Shown here piece after piece: positions 51,037 to 63,500 of a stretch of 64,000 nt of DNA. The notes beneath the pieces are model-generated. The model saw nothing but the letters and a program-made list of their open reading frames with translations, was not told where the DNA came from and searched no databases. The DNA is taken from assembly GCF_037042905.1 (NCBI RefSeq), contig NC_087251.1, positions 6,760,001 through 6,824,000 of the forward strand. The letters run 5' to 3'. The translations under genes were made by a program, and so were the position numbers. Source of the stretch: Lytechinus pictus (Eukaryota). Position 1 is the stretch's first letter. Every line of letters begins with the position of its first letter.

Positions 51037-54000
51037 TTATTCTACCTTAACATATGAATCAAACATAGGTTGTCACTATTTTATCATCAAATAAATCATG
51101 TCAAAACCTCTACATATGTTCTCAGGTAGGGCCTTGTTTTCAAGCTTGTTCCTTTTGTTATGCTTGTTCACATACATTGATTGATCTTTCAGAACAAGGA
51201 CTCAATATAATAAGCTTTGAAATCCCAGCTTTCTGTATGTATTTTGTCTTTGTAAATGCATGGGAAATGATAATATCATCACAGCTGGTGGGAGAAAAGC
51301 ATCCAAAAATAACACCATCCTCTGAAAACATCCAACAAAGAGTGACATTACTTCTGTCTCATTATTCATATAGAGAATAACTATTCATGTATGTGAGCTA
51401 TCATGTGTGACCTCCCCTTCACCCCAGCCTTGACATTTCAATGCATCTATTATCATGCCCAAATTGGTATAGATTTCAGAGCTAAAGTTGATCTTTCTTA
51501 CAGATGATGAGATGATAGGGATGCACCATTGGTTGCATGAGATTAGATCAGTACATAGATGTTTGATATGAGTACATATTTGTATGAATGATATCTACAA
51601 TCACTAATTATTGTTATTTGAAGAAGGGAGGAAGCAGAAAGGGTGCAGTATATGTGTCTTTTATAAAGCATTCTTTGAAAAATATTAATGTCAGGGAAAT
51701 GCAAATAAATCTTTCAAGAAGCGAATACTCATAACAATTTTTCTAGAAAAAGTCAGCAAAACCTATTGGCTGGTATCGGAACTCATAATAATAATTTTAT
51801 GCTTTTGCTGGTTATATTGCTTTTTATTATGTAATTGAAGATACATAGTCTTCAATGTAGGGCCTATGGGGCCATAATAATTATGGTGTATAATTTGAAT
51901 ATTGTGTTCTGTGTTGTGAATATATATAATGAATATTCCTTCACATCACCCATTCTCTTTTATTATACCAGCACATGTTTAGAGCCTTGGGTGAATTCAT
52001 GCAGGTAGTTTTCTTAAACCATAGTCATTAATATTGTCAGCTAGGTAAACCATTTTCTATCATCAAAACACAGGATTGTAATCGTCTGTCGGTTAGAATT
52101 TTTATTTGCATAAGAAAAGAAAGAGGGGCGGAGGATAGAGAGAGAGGTATATTTAACATTATACTAAGTTGTAAAACAAAATAAAAATATTTTTATAAGA
52201 TTCCTTTTCAACCTCATAGAAACAAGCATGATTTATTTGTATACATGTTCGCTAAAAGAAACATCAAAGAGCAACTCACTACTCAGATGAACTTCAAATG
52301 GGAAAGGAAGCTTGGGTAAATCAGAAGGTTTTATATGAAAATAAGTATAGAAAATCTTACTGTCTTTTCTTTCTGAAAGGAAAAGAGTCCAAGATTGATA
52401 AAACGTTTTTCACTCTTTAAAGAGTGAATCGAATGTCAATTTTGAGTGATCATTTTCTTTTGTTTTTCACTTGCTTTTAGAGTAACTCTGGTGATATTAG
52501 GATGTATATTAAGGTCTCTCCATGATCACTCTTAATTCACTTCTTTAGAGAGAGTGAGAAAATTCAAAACATGAGAATGAGAATCAAAGGAATGAGATAG
52601 ATGTAGGTGGAGTGTGTGCCTGGATGGAGCAAAGTAGATGAAAAGTGAGTCATTTGAATTCGCATGACATAAATTCTTTGTTTTAGTTTCATGATGACAT
52701 TAATGTTTGAGCAGTCATCTCATGTGTTTCATTTCCTAGCACTATTTTTAGTATCCCTATGTGAGTTCATGTCAAAACTAGTCATAGCTGAACTCTGCTC
52801 TAGCCTTATGTGACCGGAGTGGAATGAAGCAACTACACTGTCTACTCTTCTACTTCAACTATATTGAATTATATATATACCAAAATCTAGATATTCACTT
52901 TCATTTAGCTTTTTTCAGGGGTCACATTAGAGTTGTAAAACAACATGCATATACTGTATGAGCAGAAATAAACTTCTTTTTTTTTAATGTATTGGTTTGT
53001 GTATGTATCTTTCTATGTTTTATGAAAGATACCCAAAAAATATGTTCTGTATGTTGAATAATATGGATATATACACCAAAAAGAAGGACCCCCTCCCCTG
53101 GAAAATGGTGAATAATGGTAAACTCCCAGCTGATTGCTAAGAATATGTACTGTCTATCTTCTTTTGAGATTTAAAAAAAAATAGTTTGACTTTCATTTTA
53201 ATATTTAACTGAAGCGCTACTTGTATAAAGATACAGGGATAGATAGGCTATGTCATGCACCTCATTACACTGTAAAGTGACAGACTTACCATGACCTTGT
53301 AGAATTCTGACGTTCTTTCAAAATCTCAATTTGTATTGATTTCTTTCTCTATTTCCACGGATCATGATATGTTTCCCTCTCTGGATAATGCAACAGGACC
53401 TCCACGTTATTACAGCAAATCAATGTGTTCTACTATTTATAGTACAAAAATTGTTCGAATATGTAATTCAAAACGTTTGTTTACAAGGTTGCATACAGTT
53501 TTCCATTTGGCTGTCAACTACTACTTGTGATATACTTGATTATTTGTATCAAAGAATGAACACATACAAATCTTATTCATGAGACTGGTATAGAGTTTTA
53601 TACAGATTTCGAAAAATGATGCTTGTCTTCCCCCTCTCCTCTTCCCCTCATTTTTTTTTCAACTCTAAAAACTGCGTTATGGTCAGCTGGGTGGCTGAAG
53701 AGTATAGGCTCGCGCTCACATTTCTAAGGGTCAGTAGGTCTTGGAGGATATTTAAATAAATTTGATTACTTTATTTTCTTAAGCTTTGTAGATGTATTTT
53801 GATTAAACCCATTCTGTTATATCTATTGTACATTTGGACCCCATAAAACAGCCCTTAAAGGGGCTAGCCGCTATTATTGTCATTAAATCTTTGATTATGA
53901 TATATTGTGTCATTTTATATGAAATTATAAATATGAAAGCAAATTAAGTTTAAATTTGTCTCATTTTTTAGCTACTTACCAATCCCACTGCCAATGAACT

Positions 54001-54726
54001 TCTGTGAATTTATTCCTTTGTTGGCTTTGACTTTCAGTTATATTCCCATTACTTATTGTATACACCCTTCCTTTTCTTTTTTTTTCTCCATATACAGGTA
54101 GTCTTCTTCTGAACTATTCTTGCTATTCAAGTATTTTTTCTACATTTCAAACAATTTCCTTTCTCTCTTATTCTCTTTTCCTCACATTCTTGTCACTCTT
54201 TTAATCCGTATTCCAAATACTTTTCCAACTACCTTCTCTACATCTACCCTGTCTCCTTCTTTCTTCTACCTTCTGTCTCTCTGTCTCTCTTCTCACTCCC
54301 ATTTCATTCCTCTTTTGTAGCTATATGTATCATTACCCTACCTACATACCTCTATAAATTCCAATCTTGTGGATTATATTTTCAGTTTGTGTTGTAGCAT
54401 GCCCTGCAATGCAGACAGAATAAAACCATATTGATTGAATCTTGTTTGTCCTCATTGGCACACCTGTTTCAAGGGACAGCGTGAAATTTGTCAATTTGTA
54501 TCTCACTGTGCGGGCCTTCCATAGATACTGGATAGAGGAGGGATGGTATAGACAAAGAGACAAACAATGAAAAGAGTGGGCGATGCGAGACATGATGGGC
54601 TCCTGGAGATGATTAAGGGGGAAAAGACAGACAATAAGAAATATAAACAGAATATTTTTTAAAGACAACATCTGTATTGATAATTTTTTTTTTTTCAGAT
54701 TGAGTTGATGGTAGATATGCATACTG

Positions 54727-54882
54727 GGCGGTGTTTCATAAAGCTGTTCGTAAGTTAAGAGCGACTTTAAGAACGATTGGTGATCCTTTCTTGTAAATTA
54801 TATGTTCATTGGTGATTACTCAGCGCGTAAGAAAGGTACACCAGTCGCTCTTAACTTACGAACAGCTTTATGAAACACCCAC
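54727..54882. mobile_element. PIF/Harbinger-like MITE (156 bp), CWG target
   Basis: CTG TSD (54724-54726 and 54883-54885); perfect inner TIR GGTGTTTCATAAAGCTGTTCGTAAGTTAAGAGCGACT and its reverse complement. Confidence 0.92.
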
Positions 54883-55041
54883 CTGCTATCCTAGTTTATT
54901 TTTACTCTCTAATGAACTTCTTTTTACCTATGTATTATAACAGCTGATGCTTGGCTTAGTGTCATGAATGTGTAATCAATGTCCAAACAATATCATTGTA
55001 TGATGAAACATGTGAATAAAGTAAGAATTAAGCCTTTACTA

Positions 55042-55613
55042 CGGAGCCTTTAAAGTGCCATCGATTTGACGACTTGGCGAGATACTTTATCTTGCCATGT
55101 CGACATGGCGAGATACGTTATCTTGCCTAGTTGACTTATAAAAGGTTATATGTCAACATGGCGAGATACGTTATCTTGCCAAGTTGACTTATAAAAAGTT
55201 ATATGTCAACATGGCGAGATACGGTATCTTGCCAAGCTGACTTATAAAACGTTTTATGTCAACATAGCGAGATATTTAATCTTGCCAAGTCGACTTATAA
55301 AACATTATATGTCGACATGGCAAGATATGAAGTGTCCAAGGCCCGGCGAGAGTCCAAATATCTCGCCAAGTTGACATATATCTTTTTATAAGTCGACTTG
55401 GCAAGATAAAATATCTCGCCATGTTGACATATAACTTTTTATAAGTCAACTTGGCAAGATAACGTATCTCGCCATGTTGACATATATCTTTTTATAAGTC
55501 GACTTGGCGAGATAACGTATCTCGCCATGTCGACATAATAAGGTTATTATGTCGACATGGCCGTATAAAGTATCTCGCCAAGTAGTCAAGTCGATGGCAC
55601 TTTAAAGGCTCCG
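55042..55613. mobile_element. Foldback element (572 bp) with mirrored 53-bp tandem arrays and 5-bp TSD
   Basis: TIRs CGGAGCCTTTAAAGTGCCATCGA / TCGATGGCACTTTAAAGGCTCCG and TACTA direct repeats (55037-55041 and 55614-55618). The 53-bp units (e.g. 55151, 55204, 55257, 55310) are inverted about a short spacer at ~55329-55357. Confidence 0.92.
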
Positions 55614-56208
55614 TACTATACATCAAAATAATGTCAAATCTTTCTTTAAAATGTCCTCCCTATTGAAAGGAACCATTGAGTATGTTACTGTCAAACTTTT
55701 TGTCAACGTTTGATGTATTTTGATCAAACCCTTTATATTGTCAAGATCTTGATGTCATGATATGTCCTACACTCTGAATTTATGCGAATTTGAATACAAC
55801 TGAGAGGGAAAGTGATTTTCAGCCCACCTGCATCTTGAAACATTAACCAATGTCAAAGAATTTTCTTTTATGGTGAAAATCAGGTTGAATACAGTATCAT
55901 TTCATCATACATGTTACAAGTTTGAGATGTTTCAAACTGTTTTTTTTTCTAGATTGATTGATGGAACAAATGTTAATCTGACATCAGTTTTACATTTAAT
56001 CAGGAATCTGTAGGGTCACAATTCTAATGGGATCATGTTGTTCAGAGCTAGCCCAAATGTGACTGATTGTATTACAACGTTGGAATTTAAAATCCAAAGA
56101 TTTGAGATTCAACATGTTTCTTTACAAGGTTCAGGTGTATAGAAGTTACCATTGTCTGAGCTTTGCCCTCCAATGGTTGCTATGATGGTAAAACAGCCAA
56201 TAAAAACC

Positions 56209-56695
56209 TGGGGGAGGGGGGCACACAAATTATATCTTGATGGGGGGTGTGCCTCACGAAACCCTGAATGGGGGTCTAATGAACTGACCACAAAGATAAA
56301 ATACGGGATCTTGGAAACTAAATACCGGTATATACTGGGCGGTGTGAAAAACAGGGTCTACGGAATGGGGTCGTGGTACAGTAGGTACTTTGCACGCTAG
56401 CGCTGTGCATGTATATATGGGCGCTAGCAGTGCATAGAGCTGCTAGAAGAGGGAGTTGTGAATCCGTGCGTGCAGCTCTCGTATGTGGTGCTCGCGCTGG
56501 ACAATTTTGGCAGGGCAAGGGAACTGAGATGTTTCATAACGGGGGTCTTCCAAGCGGGGCAGGGTGGCTTATGAACGGATCTTTTGTCATTCGGAGTATC
56601 GAGAGAACTGAAAATTAATGAGGTCTGAAAGGGGGTCATCAAAGCGGCGCGTCCTCGTACCACCAATATATGTGAGTGCCCCCCCCCCCCCCCCG
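56209..56695. mobile_element. Non-autonomous DNA transposon with poly-G/poly-C termini (487 bp)
   Basis: TGGGGGAGGGGGGCACACAAAT...ATATGTGAGTGC(C)nG termini flanked by the direct repeat ATAAAAACC (56200-56208 and 56696-56704); GC- and CpG-rich interior. Confidence 0.8.
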
Positions 56696-57208
56696 ATAAA
56701 AACCAAGGATTTCATGAAATCTAACATTGGATGGCACTTGGTGCCTGCTTGGTGCCTTGATACCTCAGCTCCTCAGAAATTCTTTTCTTTAGATCCGAAT
56801 TCTCTGAAAACATGTATTGAAATGATAACAATAAGGAGTAAATTAACAATTAATTGTTGAATTGATTTCTCAGAACATCAATCTGTCCTAGCTAGGGCTG
56901 AGTCCTCAAATGAAGTTTCCAAGAGATATCACAGGAAATGCCTAGATAAGGCATGTAAAATGGCTTGAGGATAGACTAGAATGGTATTGTCATAGTGAAG
57001 GAAATGGGAAATGTAACAAAATTGACCTCATGTGTTGTAGAACTTGTAGAGCAACAAGGTCAATTGAATTTTTATTACATGAATCAGTGTAAATGTCAGG
57101 CAGCCTGGGAAAACAACAAGTCTGTAAGTACACAACTTATCTGAAGTATCTTCTCATTTTTGTTGAATTCAGTAAACAAAAGAATATAGGGCATGTGGAC
57201 TCAAATCT

Positions 57209-57890
57209 TGCTGGGAACTGATTTTTTAGATCATGCTTCACTACGCATTTTGCACATCTATTAAAGAGCCTACATTTTGTATTTACTTTCTTTCATTTTC
57301 ATTTTTTATGTTTCCTGTCAGTCTGTGTAGTTGGTTATCCTTTTATATAGACTTTATTTAATAAGCATGTTGCCTTTCTTTGAAATTGATGGTATTATCC
57401 TGTATACAGTATGGTTGCATTAAAATAATCTCAGGACATTTAGAAATGCAAAATAAGATCTGAACGTGATTAAGAGTATACATCCTTCTAAGGTAGCCTT
57501 TCAATTATCATCTCAGCATATCTGTTGAAGAAATAGAGATTACCAGGACTGCTGGGAACTGATTTTTTAGATCATGCTTCACTACGCATTTTGCACATCT
57601 ATTAAAGAGCCTACATTTTATATTTATTTTCTTTCATTTTCATTTTTTATGTTTCCTGTCAGTCTGTGTAGTTGGTTATCCTTTTATATAGACTTTATTT
57701 AATAAGCATGTTGCCTTTCTTTGAAATTGATGGTATTATCCTGTATACAGTATGGTTGCATTAAAATAATCTCAGGACATTTAGAAATGCAAAATAAGAT
57801 CTGAACGTGATTAAGAGTATACATCCTTCTAAGGTAGCCTTTCAATTATCATCTCAGCATATCTGTTGAAGAAATAGAGATTACCAGGAC
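57209..57890 (+). repeat. Recent tandem duplication, 2 x 341 bp
   Basis: Units 57209-57549 and 57550-57890 are identical except for about 2 substitutions seen by eye. Confidence 0.97.
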
Positions 57891-58388
57891 TGATATTTCT
57901 AAAAGAGTCCTATGTGTGTGTACATTCTATGTGTATGATGATCATTAAGGTATATGGTTCATTATTTTCTGACTGCCTTGGTTTCTATATTTTGACAGCA
58001 ATCTTTGTGACATCTGCTCTCCTCCTTAATAAGATCAGACATCTTCATATTAAGTTTCTCCCCAGGGGGTCTGTTGAATAGCTTAATGAACCTACATCTC
58101 TCTCTGATCGTGGTATACCATCTTATATCATTTGTGCTTAGTTCTATCTTTATCAGAGGTTAAGGAATCAAACACCACCATATAGATTCAAATTCAAGCA
58201 TATTTATTCTAAAACTAATTTTATAATTTATAGATGGTTGTCTTATAGTAAAATGCTCACTTTCCTTCTGCACTGGCATTTTTTTTCTTTTGTTATTACA
58301 GAAGTTGTAGATTTCCAAACCATCATCCACTTGATTGGTCTCCCGTATTTTAATTTTATTACAATTATGAAACTTACCTGCCAGTTGT

Positions 58389-58552
58389 GGTACAGATTGT
58401 ATTTAAAAAGAGAAGTATTATAGTGTACAGTCGCGGTACAGATTGTATTTATAAAGAGAAGTATTCTAGTGTACAGTCGCGGTACAGATTGTATTTATAA
58501 AGAGAAGTATTTAGTGTACAGTCGCAGTACAGATTGTATTTATAAAGAGAAG
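58389..58552 (+). repeat. Minisatellite, ~3.5 x 45-46 bp
   Basis: GGTACAGATTGTATTTATAAAGAGAAGTATT..AGTGTACAGTCGC units start at 58389, 58435, 58481 and 58526. Confidence 0.95.
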
Positions 58553-58562
58553 GATTATGTGT

Positions 58563-58868
58563 GGGGACATCATGGTCTAGTAGTTAAGACTCTTGTCTTT
58601 CAATCTGAGGGACGAGGGTTCAATTCCCAGCCATGGCGTGTTTTCCTTCAGCAAGAAATTTTCCCACATTGTGCTGCACTCGACCCAGGTGAGGTGAATG
58701 GGTACCCAGTCAGAAGAGTTCCTCAAATGCTTGAGCGCCCGATCAAGGTAGCCGTGCTAAAGCCGGGTAATAAAAACATAATCATGTTAAGCAGGGCCTG
58801 CTAGGGGAACAGTTTTCGGAACAGAAGTGGCTACCCTGAGTAAAATATGACATTATTATTATTATTAA
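58563..58868 (+). mobile_element. tRNA-derived SINE (second family)
   Basis: A box TGGTCTAGTAG (~58573), B box GGTTCAATTCC (~58617), central GACCCAGGTGAGGTGAATGGGTACC domain, 3' stem-loop-like segment and an (ATT)n tail. Confidence 0.88.
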
Positions 58869-60091
58869 TTTAGCAAATCTACAATGATAAATTAACTGTG
58901 AATTCTACCATTATATCAGATTTTCAGTAATTTTTTACCATGTTGTTCCATTTTTTAATTGTTAAACATATATATCTTATCTTGATCTTCTAATTCGTAT
59001 ATGATTACCACAGGGAATGCCAGGTTCCATTGAACCTAACTGGACAGCATGCAATGTTCCAGGCCTTTTTTTAATACATTCATATCTCATAGAGATATCT
59101 CCATGACCTGTTCATCTTCAAAGAAAGGCCGTTGATTTGTACTGATCATTCGCTATCAAAATTTAATTATTTTTATTGCGTCATCATAACAAATCATTTT
59201 ACTACCAGCTGAAAACAAAGTAATCATGTGAGGGTTGTAAATCACATTTTTTTAGAAACCCCAAGGAACAAATATATGTATAGCATATATATGTAAGTTC
59301 TTTTCTGACTGTCTGCCTCTCTTTCACTGCATGTCTCTCTCTCTCTCTCTCCCCTCAATTTCCCTCCCTCTCTACGAGTTAATGATCATAGGATTTTAAT
59401 GACCCATGCACTGTGGAGGACCTTGATTTGTGGGTCATGACATGGGCAACATTCATTAACTTCATTCCTTCCTTGTGTTGTTCGAACTCGTTTAAAAAGT
59501 CATCTCATCAATTAGCTTTTGTGAAAGACAGAAAGGCTCTTGTCTCATATGATGTTGATGTCTTTATCATAATTTATTGGGTAATTAGTGCTGTTATTGA
59601 CAACGTCATCATCTTCATATTAATAATCATCATCGTCATCAGCATGACCAGCATCATCATCATCATCATGGTTTTCACTACCATTATGCAAATGCCATCA
59701 CCATTGTCATCATCATTACCTTAATCATCTTGGACTTCAAGTCATTTCCTTACATTGACTTAATTGTAAACCATGTAAAAATACTTTATTTTTGTGCATG
59801 TACTTTATTTTTCATACAAAAATACATCACCTATAGTTGCGCTTGAAATGACACCCAAAATCCTACATGTTCTTTTTATCATGTTGTATATGCTTCAGAT
59901 ATAATTACATGTATATTCATTTCCATTTTGTTATATAAGGTCTGAATCAGTTAAAGCCATTAAGAGCTATACATTAACATTATAATATAATTGATGTCAC
60001 AAAAAGTAGGTAATGGGGTTATTACTGTCATGGATGCTAGCGGCTATAGGCCCAACCTTGAAATGACTGATGTCAGGTCCTGACAGTCTTA

Positions 60092-60540
60092 GAGGCTGTT
60101 CTCACTACGTTCCTAAAACTAGTTTAGTGGAAACTAGTTTAACCCGTAGTGAAAACGGTCGAAGCGGTCTTGGAAGCGATCTTCCAAACCAGTTTGGAAA
60201 ACCACCTCGCGATGTAGTTTTCAAGATCGCTTTGCCTCGTTAAACTGGTTTAAGCGTAAGTGAGGACACAACCGTTCTTCGGGAAGCGATCTTCGCACAT
60301 TTTGAGCACGCTACTCCACACGACAGGTGTAGAATGCCTATGCTGCGGTTTCAAATTTCGCGCGAAACATGTCACCCCACTGAGAGCGTTTCCATAGCAA
60401 CAAGAGCGCTTTACGTGAAGTGATTTTGAAAACCACTTTCGTGTGATCAAGTGGGAACGCTAGCAAAGCGATCTTCCAAAGTGGTTTCCTGAATCAGTTT
60501 CCAGTAAACTAGTTTTAGAAAGCTTAATGAGAACGGCCTC
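60092..60540. mobile_element. PIF/Harbinger-like MITE (449 bp)
   Basis: TTA TSD (60089-60091 and 60541-60543); TIRs GAGGCTGTTCTCACTA / TAATGAGAACGGCCTC; internal AAACTAGTTT and AAGCGATCTT repeats. Confidence 0.92.
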
Positions 60541-63500
60541 TTATAGACACATATTTTCTGACCATTACAGTCCTACTGTTTCTGGTAGTTATCAAAGTGT
60601 AGATATAGTAATGTTCTATTAGTGATGCTAGTAGTGACATTGAAATAACATTCCAGATCATATTCCCCACCCACCGTGTATCACCAACTGTTAAAGAATG
60701 TTGAGTATCTCTCTCATCCTTCCATGGTAGTGCTTGTTCACTTTCTCATACTAAACCATATAAGCATAATCCATGTCCAATGCCAATATTTATAACAATT
60801 ATGATATGATCCCCTCTTTAGTGAATACTGCCATAAATATTTTCAGTTTCTCTTTCTCTAAACAAAAAGTGGTAGTATTCATTTTAGAAAAAACACAATG
60901 TTCATATTTTAGTGATGTTTTTTAACTAATCACCTAAAGCTATATCAAGGTTCGCAGGTTTTGAAAATATTTGGTACTACCTTTATTTATGACTCTACAA
61001 CACTGGACGTGAAGTATTCGATGAAGATTTCTGGGTAAATACCTTGTCAGGTGTCCAATTAAAGCAATAGTTCATTTACACTTCCTGAACTTTTCACTTT
61101 CACATTATCCATTGCTGATAGTTAGGTGATATGTTTTCATTTGTTGTAGCTATTTTATAGTTGTTTTCAGTCCATGGTCCTTATGAATTTTGTGTCATTA
61201 TATATTTGCTGGTTGTAGACAGATATATTGAAAACTCCATATATCCTTTCTCAGGCTTTGAATATTTCATAGATCATGAAATTTTAAAAGTCATAAACAT
61301 TTTATTGTCTTATTTTCTACTGGTGGTTTAAGGTATCTTTGACCTTTCAACTTTTTTATGAAATTTCTTCCAGGCCATTAACAATCGTTCATTTCATTTT
61401 CATTATTGCTTGATGTCTGTATGAATTAGTAATACAGGCTTTGTAAATACCCTATTATGTTTGTTTTTACCTTGCATACAACAAAAGCGGATCATAACAT
61501 TAAAGATGTCATGGTGATTGATATTGCTATTCTAGTATAGTTTATCATTCCAGTCTCTATCATCATATATCCATAATTATTGACACTGTCATATCACTTT
61601 CACATTAAGTCTCATAACAGAGCATGCTTACATTTACCCAAGGTGATGAATGTGATTGTCCACCTCAAAAGGCTTGCTGCCCTTGAAATTTCCCTATCAC
61701 TGATAGTGGTTCTAAGGTGTTAAAAAAAGAAATGTCTTAATTGCCCTTTCAGGGCTTACTACAAGGGCTATTTCTTAAGATAGGGGGGGGGGAACTTTTA
61801 GATGTAAATTAGGCACTTTACCAAAAGTGTGTGCCACATCTTTTGGGCAGTTGACCAACTCAGTGTCTTGCATTGGGATTCCTTTGTGTACCTGTATGCT
61901 GAATTCATTGCATTAGAATTTTTTTTAAAGAAAACATGATTAATGCATCTGTTTCTCTCTAAGTTACAAGAACCACATGATTCTGAGTTATGTAGAGATA
62001 CGAGTTATCCTGTGATCCCATTTTGACTCTCTAACAAATCTTATTAGATTTTCAGTGATTAATTCCCAACCGTGACAACAAGTGTGCCCAGGACACCTTG
62101 CTGTGTTGGTGCAGAAATGCCCATAGCAGCATGCATAAGTGCATTGTGTAAGGGTGTTTCTGCACCGCTGCGGTGCGCAACTTTTTTTGGGCTAAGGGCA
62201 TTCTTGCACCAACACGAACTGCCTTCTCCTTGACCTTACCATCACACATACTTTCCTTTTCTTCTGAAGGTTAATTGTACAATATTGAATTGAGCCATGT
62301 ATACCAGGCCCTATTCACCCCTTTTAATAGCAGTTTTAAAATCAGAGTTCATGTCCTAGTTTAAAAATACCAATAAATACCATGGTAACAATGCTCAATA
62401 AGCAATAAAAACCATTGATTCTCGTATGGAAGTTACCATAGTAGTAATTTCTATTGACGGGGCCCTTGAAGATTTTTTTATATTATAATTACTGCTCATT
62501 TTTGAAGAAAAAAAGGAAAAGTTAAAATGCAAACAGCTTTAAAATGTTTTTTGGACTTATCAATATCGGACACAGCCTAGTCCATTTAACATGTAGCAAA
62601 CAAGATAATTAGTAAGGAGTAGGTTTTCTTCAAAGGATTTTTTTCCTTCTCATTTAGGAGACATGATTCACATTCATCAACATGTGTGTAAGACGCAAGC
62701 AACCAATATCAGATGTATTAGGCATTTACATATCCTCTCCTTGCTTGTGTAACATCTTCAAATTTGTTGCACAAGGTGTATTAAAAAAAAGAAACCCCCA
62801 ATTTCATATCTATTAATGAAAAACATTAAGTAAGTACAACTTATCAGCATTTAAATGAGATCTTGATTAGGTTTCTAGAACAATGTATTACTGGACATCA
62901 ATATAAGTAGTGCAAATAGCAGATAATTCACTTCACTTTACATTTAATATACAGATTGTGAGTGTATGCCTACAACAATGAATAATAATTGTCAACAATT
63001 TTTATCAATAAAGCTTCTTTAATTCTCTTTTTCATGCTGAAGGTACTTAGCTAAATTATGAAACAATAACAACTGCTGATTTTTTTTTATAATCTTATTT
63101 CTTTTATTGATGTTGATATTGAATGTGTCCTTATTGTATAGCATGCATTTTGCATTTAACAATTATTTAAGGTCCTAGAAAGTTAACTAAGGTGTCATTC
63201 AAATGCTTATATTTGTACTTATAATCTTAATGTGACTGATTTTCTTACTTTCCATAAAAAAATATATGATAGTTGGGTTTCCATTTTCAGAAGCATCTTG
63301 TAGATTAGTTATCACTGCTAAACACCCCCCCCCCCACAAAAAATAGGAAACCATTAAAGCTCGTAACATTTATTTCTGAAGTACTTTGTGGAATCATTTA
63401 TGTCAGGCGTACGTCATTTTGCATGCGTCATACAAGATTATGAGTCAAGGGTATAGGTTTTCTTCAAGATTTCCTATCATAGCATGCATCCACATGACAA

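Noticed and set aside
55080..55560. CRISPR-like repeat array
   Set aside because: Units are contiguous without unique spacers, mirrored within a TIR element, with no cas genes and a eukaryotic context.
58389..58552. CRISPR-like 46-bp periodicity
   Set aside because: The whole unit is repeated with no variable spacers; it is a minisatellite.
58563..58635. tRNA gene on the plus strand
   Set aside because: It is a SINE head; followed by a central domain and an (ATT)n tail.
62303..62467. Possible decayed CWG-type MITE (CAGGCCC...GACGGGGCCC)
   Set aside because: Terminal complementarity is too short to support a call.
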